Source: a virus
Taxonomy: Duplodnaviria > Caudoviricetes
Direction: 5' to 3' (one strand)
Length of the DNA: 29,727 nucleotides
IMG/VR virus record: IMGVR_UViG_3300011335_000409
Location: 1 to 29,727 of that record
Shown here: one piece after another, positions 15,097 to 22,965 of the stretch
Layout: each line of letters starts with the position of its first letter
Numbering within the stretch: the stretch's first letter is position 1
Program-made: the position numbers and the translations under genes
Notes under the pieces: generated by a model
Seen by the model: only the letters and a program-made list of their open reading frames with translations
The model's database searches: none
What the model was told of the DNA's origin: nothing

Positions 15097-17443
15097 AAAA
15101 GAATCAATCGTTAACCGCTTTAGCGCAACTCAAGTAGAGTTGGCAAAGTACGTTAAAATCGACCCTATTGAATATGAGGACAAGAAGGGTTGGGTGGGTT
15201 ACGGAGAAGGCAATGCCTTTAGTAATTATTTAATTGAACTATATAACACCTCACCAGTTCACGGCGCATTGGTTAACTCCATTGCGTTTATGATTGCAGG
15301 AAAAGAATTTACTGCATCAACTACATTAGCGGTTAGAGAGATTCAAAGATTAAAGTTAGACAAGATATTAAAGGCAACTGCTTTAGATTTGAAGTTGCAA
15401 GGTGGATTTTATTGGGAAGTTATTTGGTCAATGGACAGAAGCACCATTGCACAAATCAATCATTTGCCTTTTGAGAATTGCCGTTTGGCTTGTTCCGATG
15501 ATAATGATGATGTTACAGGTGTTTGGTATTCTCGCGATTGGAACGACACTCGCAAGAAAAAGAATAACCCTCACTACATTCCGATGTTTGACATAAATAC
15601 CAAAGATGAAAATCCAAAGCAGGTATTGTTTCAGCATTCAATGATGATTGGTAGTGAGTATTATCCCAAGCCCGATTACATTGGTTCGATAAATGAGATT
15701 GAGAAATTAAGACAATATAGCGAATACCAAGTTAACTTGATTCTAAATGGATTCTTTCCATCTTTAATTGCATCATTTAACAACGGAATCCCTACACTTG
15801 AAGAGCAACGAATGATAAAAAATCAGTTGCAACAATCAATTCAAGGTGCGGAGAATGCAGGAAAAGTATTGACTTTCTTTAATGAAGAAAGAGATAGAGG
15901 AGTAGAGTTCACACCGTTTCCAGTTGGTGACTTGGATAAGCAATTTGAAAGCCTTGTAAATCCATCTATTGAGCAAATCTTGATAAGCCATAGAGTTACT
16001 TCACCGCTTCTTTTTGGTGTTCGTGATGGTGGTGGTTTGGGTTCGAATACTGACGAGATGAAAACTGCATTTCGATTGTTTTCAAAGCAAGTAATTAACC
16101 CATTTCAGCGGATCATTTGTGATGGTATAGATATGTTATTAAATGCAATGGGTGTCCCTTCCGATGTTGAGATAGTTGAGAATGATTTGTTTGAAGAAGA
16201 TGTTGTTGTAGATGCAACTGGAACACCTGCACCAACTACGGATTTGGCAAGTCAAGCGTTGAATGGTGCGCAGATTTCTTCTTTGTTGGAGATTATAACT
16301 CAAACAACTGCAAACGTATTGACTACGACAAGCGCGAAGGCAATAACAAAGGCAGCGTTTCCGATGTTGGCAGAGGTTGAGATAGATGCAATCTTTGACA
16401 ATTTAAGTAGTGTTAACTTACAACCAACGGATGTAATACAATCATCCGAAAAAAAAAAAGTTGAGCATAAACACACGCACGTTTCTCAAGCAGATGAAAG
16501 TTTTGAGCCAACTAACGAAATGGCAGCAGAAGCCGAGTTAGGTTTAAAATGGCGCGAGGAATATGGTAGAGGTGGAACGGAAGTTGGTGTAGCACGGGCA
16601 AGGGACATAAGCAATAAAAGAAATTTGTCTTTGGATACAATTCAAAGAATGAATAGTTACTTTTCACGACACGAAGTAGATAAACAAGCAAGTGGTTGGA
16701 ATGATGGAGAGGAAGGCTTCCCAAGTGCAGGAAGAATAGCCTGGCAACTTTGGGGCGGTGATGCAGGTCGTGATTGGGCAAAGCGAATAATGGAGAGTGT
16801 AAAGCAGTCATCGCATTTATGCCTTTCACATAGTAGTGATTTCACGGATGAAGAAGGTCGTGGTTTTTTAAAACAACTTGCCGAATGTGGTGAGTTAATT
16901 GATAACGAAGAATGGGAGTTAGTAGAAGAATGTCAAGTTGACGATTATGACAACGAAGAAAAATTTGCTAAAGTTCATCAAGGTCTTGAGAGTTACGAAG
17001 ATGCTGACGCTAAAAGCAAATTAGATGCAGGTGTTTACAAGGTTCGTTATCGTTATTCAACTTGGTTAAGCGACAATTCGCGCGAATTTTGTCGTGAAAT
17101 GGTACGACTTTCGAAGGGTGGAATTGTTTGGAGATACGAAGATATCATTGAGATGAGTGATGCTGGAGTTAATAGCCAATTCGCTCGTCGCGGTACTAAG
17201 ACAATAAATTTGTTCCGCTTCAAAGGGGGGGTCAATTGCCATCATTTTTGGATGAGGGCAATCTATAAACGCAAGAAAGAGAAAGGTCGCTATTTGCCAA
17301 ATGATGGAATGGATAACGATATGAAAATTGCAGTGCGTAAAGCGGAGAAAGAAGGATTTTCACCAATGGATACAACGGTAGGCTATCGCGATGCTAAAAC
17401 ACCAATGAAGGACTTTCCAAATGGAGGTAGATTAACTAAATAA
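15089..17443 (+). CDS. Portal protein with a ~325-aa C-terminal extension
   Basis: Portal-like N-terminal part (SPVHGALV, YYPKPDY, NGFFPS, HRVTSPLLFG, INPFQ), then an A11 run and extra domains. ATG 15089 is the likely start. Confidence 0.85.
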   Translation: MDKKESIVNRFSATQVELAKYVKIDPIEYEDKKGWVGYGEGNAFSNYLIELYNTSPVHGALVNSIAFMIAGKEFTASTTLAVREIQRLKLDKILKATALDLKLQGGFYWEVIWSMDRSTIAQINHLPFENCRLACSDDNDDVTGVWYSRDWNDTRKKKNNPHYIPMFDINTKDENPKQVLFQHSMMIGSEYYPKPDYIGSINEIEKLRQYSEYQVNLILNGFFPSLIASFNNGIPTLEEQRMIKNQLQQSIQGAENAGKVLTFFNEERDRGVEFTPFPVGDLDKQFESLVNPSIEQILISHRVTSPLLFGVRDGGGLGSNTDEMKTAFRLFSKQVINPFQRIICDGIDMLLNAMGVPSDVEIVENDLFEEDVVVDATGTPAPTTDLASQALNGAQISSLLEIITQTTANVLTTTSAKAITKAAFPMLAEVEIDAIFDNLSSVNLQPTDVIQSSEKKKVEHKHTHVSQADESFEPTNEMAAEAELGLKWREEYGRGGTEVGVARARDISNKRNLSLDTIQRMNSYFSRHEVDKQASGWNDGEEGFPSAGRIAWQLWGGDAGRDWAKRIMESVKQSSHLCLSHSSDFTDEEGRGFLKQLAECGELIDNEEWELVEECQVDDYDNEEKFAKVHQGLESYEDADAKSKLDAGVYKVRYRYSTWLSDNSREFCREMVRLSKGGIVWRYEDIIEMSDAGVNSQFARRGTKTINLFRFKGGVNCHHFWMRAIYKRKKEKGRYLPNDGMDNDMKIAVRKAEKEGFSPMDTTVGYRDAKTPMKDFPNGGRLTK

Positions 17444-17454
17444 ATTTGTAATAA

Positions 17455-18030
17455 ATGGCAATCCCACAAGAAATACTTTTGATTAACGAGGATGTGTTGA
17501 AGAAGTACACACCTTTGACTGATGCAGTTGATCCGAACTTAATTCGCCCTTGCATTTACGTGGCACAAGATATGTACTTGCAGAACTTTTTGGGTACTAA
17601 TCTCACGAATAAAATAAAAGACGATGTTGCTAATGGCACGTTAGCGGATCAATACGAAATCCTATTGAATGAGTACATATTAAAGTTGCTTATTTGGTGG
17701 ACAATGGTGGAACTTTACCCATCACTTTTGTATAAGCACGACAACGGAAACTTGGTTTCAAGACAAAGTGAGGACACTACTCCAGTAACCAAAGGTGAAA
17801 TGGAATCTTTGAAGGAAAAGGCGCGTGAGAACGCACGATTCTACACCAAAAGAATGGTTGACTATTTGCGTTTTAATACAACCTTGTTCCCCGAGTACAC
17901 GAACAACACGGATAACAATATCTTTCCCGATATGAATCCCTATGGAAAGAGTAATTTCTTAATTTCGGATAGTTATAAAACCCAAAGAATCAAATGGTCA
18001 ATAAACGACTTCCTACCACCTACGTACTAA
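17455..18030 (+). CDS. Head-tail adaptor-like protein
   Basis: 191 aa, helical, directly after the portal; AQDMYLQNFLGT motif. Confidence 0.6.
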   Translation: MAIPQEILLINEDVLKKYTPLTDAVDPNLIRPCIYVAQDMYLQNFLGTNLTNKIKDDVANGTLADQYEILLNEYILKLLIWWTMVELYPSLLYKHDNGNLVSRQSEDTTPVTKGEMESLKEKARENARFYTKRMVDYLRFNTTLFPEYTNNTDNNIFPDMNPYGKSNFLISDSYKTQRIKWSINDFLPPTY

Positions 18031-18101
18031 AGCGAGAGCAGTACGAAAAAATGTTAAAGGTTTATCTTAAAAAACAACAAGCAAAAATTAAAAAGAGTTG
18101 A
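17994..18101 (+). CDS. Small basic peptide (35 aa)
   Basis: MVNKRLPTTYVLKREQYEKMLKVYLKKQQAKIKKS*; stop overlaps the holin TTG. Confidence 0.4.
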   Translation: MVNKRLPTTYVLKREQYEKMLKVYLKKQQAKIKKS

Positions 18102-18523
18102 AAGAGTTAATGTTTTTGAAAGGTAAAGTTTGGTTGTTCGCATCACTTGCTGTATTCCTACCAATCAAAGAGTTGATGTTAACCATTGGCTTTTTGGTTG
18201 GTGCTGATTTAGTTGTTGGTGTATGGAAAGCACTCAAGACAGGTCAACGCATTAGGTCGCGCAGGATGTCGGACACGGTCACAAAATTATTGTTGTATCA
18301 ATTAGCAATAATGAGTGGATTCTTAATTGAAACTTTTATTATCAGCGAATTGATCCCTGTAACTAAATTGATTGCCACCGTTATTGCCATCATCGAGTTC
18401 AAAAGTATTATTGAATCGATTGAGGCGGTAACCGGTAAAGATTTGTGGAGTAAGATAAAAACGATTATAGGGCGCAAAAGTGAAGATATAACCGATGCAA
18501 TGACCGATGGAAAAGATAAGTAA
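18098..18523 (+). CDS. Holin (phage holin 4-like)
   Basis: Several transmembrane segments; D..VGVWKA and EFKSIIES motifs; directly before the endolysin. Confidence 0.8.
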   Translation: MKELMFLKGKVWLFASLAVFLPIKELMLTIGFLVGADLVVGVWKALKTGQRIRSRRMSDTVTKLLLYQLAIMSGFLIETFIISELIPVTKLIATVIAIIEFKSIIESIEAVTGKDLWSKIKTIIGRKSEDITDAMTDGKDK

Positions 18524-18968
18524 ATATGTAACCTACGCAGAGGTCACAAAGAGCAACCAGGCGAATGCTTTAAAGTTGGCTAACATTCCAAACGCAACGC
18601 AGTTAAACAACTTGCGGTTAGTGTGTACCAATGTATTTGACAAGGTGCGCGAACATTTTGGAAAGCCTATTGGAATTAGTAGCGGTTTTAGGTCGGTTGA
18701 GTTAAATGCCAAAATTGGCGGTAGTAAAACATCACAACATTGCGAAGGCAAAGCGTTGGATATCGATGGAGATATTTTCGGTGGCATAAATAACAAACTA
18801 TTGTTTTTTTATATAAAAGAAAATTGTATATTTGACCAACTCATATGGGAGTTTGGTAGTGAGAACGCACCAGATTGGGTTCACGTAAGTTACAACGAGG
18901 GAAAGAATAGAGGTCAAGTTTTACGTGCGTTAAAGGTAGGCGGTAAAACAATATACAAACCTTTCTAA
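18507..18968 (+). CDS. Endolysin, peptidase M15 family
   Basis: SGFRS, SQHCEGKALD and WVHVS zinc-peptidase motifs. Confidence 0.9.
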   Translation: MEKISKYVTYAEVTKSNQANALKLANIPNATQLNNLRLVCTNVFDKVREHFGKPIGISSGFRSVELNAKIGGSKTSQHCEGKALDIDGDIFGGINNKLLFFYIKENCIFDQLIWEFGSENAPDWVHVSYNEGKNRGQVLRALKVGGKTIYKPF

Positions 18969-18969
18969 T

Positions 18970-19953
18970 ATGGCTGAACAAGCGAAAACAAAGTTAGCAC
19001 GTGAAGTGCGCGAACGATTCCCCAACACACCAACGTTAACACTTGCAAAGAAGTTGATGGCAGAACATCCTGAAACTTTTATGGATGTTGAAAACGCAAG
19101 GGATACACTTCGCAGAATCGAAGGGAAAAACGGAAACAAGCCAAAAGACAAATCTTTGTATATTGAAGGTGATAGACCGAAGAACCCTTTTAAACTTCCA
19201 AAGTCATACGCAAAAGGTCGAAACCACGTTGACATAAAAGGCAAAAAAGTATTAGTATTGTCTGATATTCATATACCCTACCACGACATTGATGCAATTT
19301 CGGTTGCTATCCAAACTGGATTAGATGAGCAAGTTGATACAATCATTTTAAATGGCGATGCGCTCGACTGCCATATGGTAAGCGACTTTGTCAAAGACCC
19401 AAAGAAAAGACGATTTAAAGATGAGTTGTATGCAATGCGTACTTTCGTGTATGAACTTCGTCAAACGTTTCCTAACGCAGAGATAATCTATAAAGAAGGC
19501 AATCACGAAGAAAGGTATTGGCGTTATATGAGAGTGAAAGCACCCGAACTATTCGACATTGATGCGTTCGACTTTTCATCTTTGTGTCACCTGGACAAGA
19601 ACAACATTAAGTTCGTGGAAGGAAAGAACAAAATAAACATCGGTGGCTTATCACTTTTTCACGGTCACGAGTTCGGAAAGCAATTTATACCATCGGTAAA
19701 CGTGGCGAGAGGGTTGTTTTTAAAGACAAAAGCGAATGCAATGTGCGGACATCACCACCAAACCGCAGAGCATACTGAAAGAGATGTAAACGGAAAGGTG
19801 ATTACTTGTTGGGGTGTTGGTTGCTTGAGTGAGTTAAGTCCTGACTATAACCCATATAGTAAATACAATCACGGATTCGCAATTATAACCAGAGGCAATG
19901 GAAAAGAATTTCACGTTAAGAATTATCGTATTAGTAACGGTCGTATCTATTAG
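18970..19953 (+). CDS. Calcineurin-like metallophosphoesterase
   Basis: SDIH, NGDALD, GNHE, HGH and GHHH motifs. Confidence 0.9.
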   Translation: MAEQAKTKLAREVRERFPNTPTLTLAKKLMAEHPETFMDVENARDTLRRIEGKNGNKPKDKSLYIEGDRPKNPFKLPKSYAKGRNHVDIKGKKVLVLSDIHIPYHDIDAISVAIQTGLDEQVDTIILNGDALDCHMVSDFVKDPKKRRFKDELYAMRTFVYELRQTFPNAEIIYKEGNHEERYWRYMRVKAPELFDIDAFDFSSLCHLDKNNIKFVEGKNKINIGGLSLFHGHEFGKQFIPSVNVARGLFLKTKANAMCGHHHQTAEHTERDVNGKVITCWGVGCLSELSPDYNPYSKYNHGFAIITRGNGKEFHVKNYRISNGRIY

Positions 19954-20209
19954 CATCGGAATCGGTATCGGTGTTTTATTGTGCAGACCTAAACCAAGTA
20001 GGGTACAAAATGTAACCCACTTGGATACGGTTGTTGTGTTAAAGGCATACATTGACACGTTGGAAGTTGAACGGATCAAAACCAAAACAATTTATGAAAA
20101 ACAAATTGATACTATTTATCTTATGGATAGCGTTGCCATTGATAGCGCATACACAAAAGCAATACAACGACTTCAACAATTCGAAAACGCTGGATTCTTT
20201 AAGCGTTGA
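19898..20209 (+). CDS. Spanin-like protein with N-terminal hydrophobic anchor and Cys
   Basis: Hydrophobic stretch ending GVLLC, then a polar domain; lies in the lysis region. Confidence 0.5.
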   Translation: MEKNFTLRIIVLVTVVSISIGIGIGVLLCRPKPSRVQNVTHLDTVVVLKAYIDTLEVERIKTKTIYEKQIDTIYLMDSVAIDSAYTKAIQRLQQFENAGFFKR

Positions 20210-20471
20210 AAGGCGGTTAGTTGTACTTGGTGTCAAATCACTTGAGTATTATGTGTCATTAAACGGACTAAATCAGCGTATTTTGTCCACTCAAAGGGAC
20301 ATTATCTTGCACAATGAAAAAGAAATTGCACGTTTGAATGAGCAGAACACCACGTTAAATGCACAATTAACTGAACAATTAAGGGCAAAAAAAAGGTGGC
20401 AAAAAGCCACCCTTTATTCAGTTGTTTTAAATGTCACTTTTTTAGGGACATTATACGTTTTAAGTAGATAG
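20094..20471 (+). CDS. Spanin-like coiled-coil protein overlapping the previous gene
   Basis: ATG 20094 gives a signal peptide (MKNKLILFILWIALPLIAHT-Q), a coiled coil and a C-terminal transmembrane segment. Confidence 0.5.
   Translation: MKNKLILFILWIALPLIAHTQKQYNDFNNSKTLDSLSVERRLVVLGVKSLEYYVSLNGLNQRILSTQRDIILHNEKEIARLNEQNTTLNAQLTEQLRAKKRWQKATLYSVVLNVTFLGTLYVLSR
20387..20411 (-). terminator. Intrinsic terminator of the leftward operon, embedded in the + strand gene
   Basis: GGTGGC-AAAAA-GCCACC preceded by A8, which reads as a hairpin plus U8 on the - strand, just past the stop at 20434. Confidence 0.75.
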
Positions 20472-20646
20472 CGAAGTCTAACGCTTCTTCGTAAGCGTGG
20501 TGCATCCATTCCTTTTCGGATAGATTAGCATTGTCGACCGTTACTCCGTACTTTATTCGCCCCATTTTCTCACGTGCGATAAGGTCGCTGATTACTTCTT
20601 TGTAAACATCTGACTGGCAGTTGTCGAAATCGTGTGTGATGTTCAT
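20434..20646 (-). CDS. Small phage hypothetical protein
   Basis: G..KYGVT...W..HAYEEALD motif, seen in many phage proteins. Confidence 0.75.
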   Translation of the reverse strand: MNITHDFDNCQSDVYKEVISDLIAREKMGRIKYGVTVDNANLSEKEWMHHAYEEALDFAIYLKRIMSLKK

Positions 20647-20807
20647 TTCATTTTTTCTTTTAGTTTTTCTTGAAAAGATTTTTTTTCATTTTGAATTGTT
20701 TTACTACTATTCAAAAAATAAGTAATAAATGTTTGCGCTATTGCTTTAATAAATATATTGTACACAAATAAAGCGATAAAAACATTCAGTATAATTTCTA
20801 AATTCAT
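20643..20807 (-). CDS. Small membrane protein (54 aa)
   Basis: MNLEIILNVFIALFVYNIFIK...; ATGA overlaps at both ends. Confidence 0.6.
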   Translation of the reverse strand: MNLEIILNVFIALFVYNIFIKAIAQTFITYFLNSSKTIQNEKKSFQEKLKEKMK

Positions 20808-21226
20808 TCTACTTTGTTATTAAATTGGTTATACAAGTCATTCACCATTTGTACAGGTGTTGGTGGATTCAAAATTGCTTTAAGATTTGGCTTAAAATAC
20901 AAATCACTTTTAAGTACCTTTCCATCCTCGCGATAGATTGGGTTGCCGTCAATGTCCAACTTGCTCATATTAGACCTATGCACCTCGTCAAACATTGCCT
21001 CTAATTTGTCGTCTATTCCCAAGTCGATGGCGTATCCGAAAAGCAAATACATTTGATCTATGATGGCATCGGATATATCAACTACGTTGGTTGACATCTT
21101 CATTTCATCCAGTTCTTCTTGTATTAAGCGTTCGTGAAGTACGCAGTTTTCAAAGTTGTAGCCACGATTCAACGGAAGGTTAAAAGCCTTTCGAAATTCG
21201 ATTACTTGTTCTATTTGTTTATTCAT
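20804..21226 (-). CDS. MazG-like / PRA-PH-like all-alpha NTP pyrophosphohydrolase
   Basis: EELDE..DAIID, VHRSNMSK and DGKVLK motifs. Confidence 0.85.
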   Translation of the reverse strand: MNKQIEQVIEFRKAFNLPLNRGYNFENCVLHERLIQEELDEMKMSTNVVDISDAIIDQMYLLFGYAIDLGIDDKLEAMFDEVHRSNMSKLDIDGNPIYREDGKVLKSDLYFKPNLKAILNPPTPVQMVNDLYNQFNNKVE

Positions 21227-21228
21227 TT

Positions 21229-21417
21229 TTATAGATCTTTAAAGTTATTTGTACCCACTGCAAAATAAGACATAAACCCACCAATACAAAGAATAAAACA
21301 GAATCCACCTGGAAATATACCAGTCTTTTGTTCATACCATTGCGTGAATATAGGAAGTAACAATGCACTGATTAACGTGCATATAAACATTATATATAGT
21401 TTCTTTTGCTTACTCAT
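21229..21417 (-). CDS. Small membrane protein with two transmembrane segments
   Basis: Likely start MSKQKK at 21417, coupled to the upstream stop. Confidence 0.55.
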   Translation of the reverse strand: MSKQKKLYIMFICTLISALLLPIFTQWYEQKTGIFPGGFCFILCIGGFMSYFAVGTNNFKDL

Positions 21418-21658
21418 TGTTACCTCCAAATTTTTCGTTATAGTATTCTTGATATGTAGTACAATATCCGCCTTCCATTCCTTCACTATGTCCATCATTC
21501 CAAGCATTCGCTATCTCCTCCTTATGCATTGCTTTTAATTTTTCAATAATTGGTAAAATTGTATGAAATGTATATTCAGGATTCAGTTGTATATTATTTA
21601 ATTTCAATATAATTTGAATTTGCTCAATCAAAAAATCAATGCTACTTTGTTTTTTCAT
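21410..21658 (-). CDS. Hypothetical protein
   Basis: 82-aa ORF coupled to its neighbours. Confidence 0.65.
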   Translation of the reverse strand: MKKQSSIDFLIEQIQIILKLNNIQLNPEYTFHTILPIIEKLKAMHKEEIANAWNDGHSEGMEGGYCTTYQEYYNEKFGGNNE

Positions 21659-22008
21659 ATTACTTCAATTTTTTCTGCGGTTGCTCTTGCCTCTTGGATC
21701 AATTTAATCAATTCGGGTAGCATCCAATAACCGAACGATGCCATTTCATAGGTGAACTCATCGAGGTGTTCTGTGATGCTTGGCATTGTCACACCATCCA
21801 CGTTCCATAATGCGCTAATCGTCTTGCCGTGTTCACGTTGAATTGATTCGTTTAACCGCTTCATTAACATCTTTGTCTGATGGTTGTAGAACCATTTAAT
21901 CGTTTCGCATTCATCGGATGCGTAAAGTGTCGCTTGTGTCCACATCAACAGATTCAATACCTTCAATTTGTCGGCTTCGTCTTTCGTTAACTCTAATTTA
22001 GGCTTCAT
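21655..22008 (-). CDS. Hypothetical protein
   Basis: 117-aa ORF coupled to its neighbours. Confidence 0.7.
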   Translation of the reverse strand: MKPKLELTKDEADKLKVLNLLMWTQATLYASDECETIKWFYNHQTKMLMKRLNESIQREHGKTISALWNVDGVTMPSITEHLDEFTYEMASFGYWMLPELIKLIQEARATAEKIEVI

Positions 22009-22147
22009 CTTTAAGTTGTTTACTGATTAGTTCCATTGCGTACTTTGCACCTTCCATAAAAGAAAAGTAAGCGGTGTTGTCCATTTGTTCACCGTTATAC
22101 TGCGCGTGGATTTCCGCTTTCATTTTGATTAACTTGTGTAGTTCCAT
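21998..22147 (-). CDS. Hypothetical 49-aa protein
   Basis: MELHKLIKMKAEIHAQY...; follows the promoter at 22165-22172. Confidence 0.6.
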   Translation of the reverse strand: MELHKLIKMKAEIHAQYNGEQMDNTAYFSFMEGAKYAMELISKQLKDEA

Positions 22148-22164
22148 TTGTTTTTAGTTTGTGG

Positions 22165-22172
22165 CAAATATA
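22165..22172 (-). promoter_or_regulatory. TATATTTG -7 element
   Basis: CAAATATA on the + strand. Confidence 0.6.
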
Positions 22173-22173
22173 A

Positions 22174-22965
22174 TTAAAATAATTTAAGTTGCTTCATTGT
22201 TGTGTAACCATTTAAAACTTTTTCGGTATTTGGACTAATAAGGTCTGCAAATTCTATTTCGCAGAATGTTCCACAATCTGGAACTATTGGGGGTTCGTGT
22301 TTACCTTCATTGGGTTGTAATTCATCCAAAAATCTATTTTTGATACACGAATGACCTGCAATTCTTTCGGCTTTTGCCATTCGTTCAAATTGTTCGGGAA
22401 AGTTTTTCCTAACATGATTCCAATAACCCTTCCCACCTTTAACGCATCCAATACAATTATTGTTATGAAAGCCTAATTCGTACATTTTAGGTAATTTTAT
22501 TCCATTCATTAAAAGCAATTCAGCGCATTGTTGTTTGGTCATTTGCTTATCAATGAGAGGGTATAATGGCTTTGAACTTGGGTATTGTTCCGAAAATCTT
22601 ATTGCCCTGTTAATCTCTTTCTTGGAAAATTCAAACCCGAAAATCTGACCTTCAAATTCAATTTCTTTTTCTATTGCAATTCGTACATCCTTTTTTAAAA
22701 CCTTTGTACAAGCCGCACCACTTGCACCATTAACATATTTAATTTTTTCAATAACATCAAACTGGTCACGATATTTGGAACATCGTCTTCGTTCTACTTT
22801 TACACCCATCCATTCTTCACATTCTTCAATGAATCGTTCATTGTCTTTGTGTGCTGAATCAATCTCGATGTAAAACAATCGCACATTGTCTTTACCATAT
22901 TCATCGATTGCTAACTTACAAGCAATGGCGGAGGTAACACCGCAACTAAACCAACCTATTATCAT
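22174..22965 (-). CDS. PAPS-reductase-like (adenine nucleotide alpha-hydrolase fold) protein
   Basis: N-terminal PP-loop WFSCGVTSA, ACTKVLK, NNCIGCVKGG and C-terminal CGTFC. Confidence 0.8.
   Translation of the reverse strand: MIIGWFSCGVTSAIACKLAIDEYGKDNVRLFYIEIDSAHKDNERFIEECEEWMGVKVERRRCSKYRDQFDVIEKIKYVNGASGAACTKVLKKDVRIAIEKEIEFEGQIFGFEFSKKEINRAIRFSEQYPSSKPLYPLIDKQMTKQQCAELLLMNGIKLPKMYELGFHNNNCIGCVKGGKGYWNHVRKNFPEQFERMAKAERIAGHSCIKNRFLDELQPNEGKHEPPIVPDCGTFCEIEFADLISPNTEKVLNGYTTMKQLKLF

Noticed and set aside
1359-20236. Numerous antisense and nested ORFs in the track (e.g. 10885-11241, 12666-13016, 13208-13603, 13691-14110, 16512-16829)
   Set aside because: They are shadows of well-supported + strand genes, with unnatural composition and no motifs.
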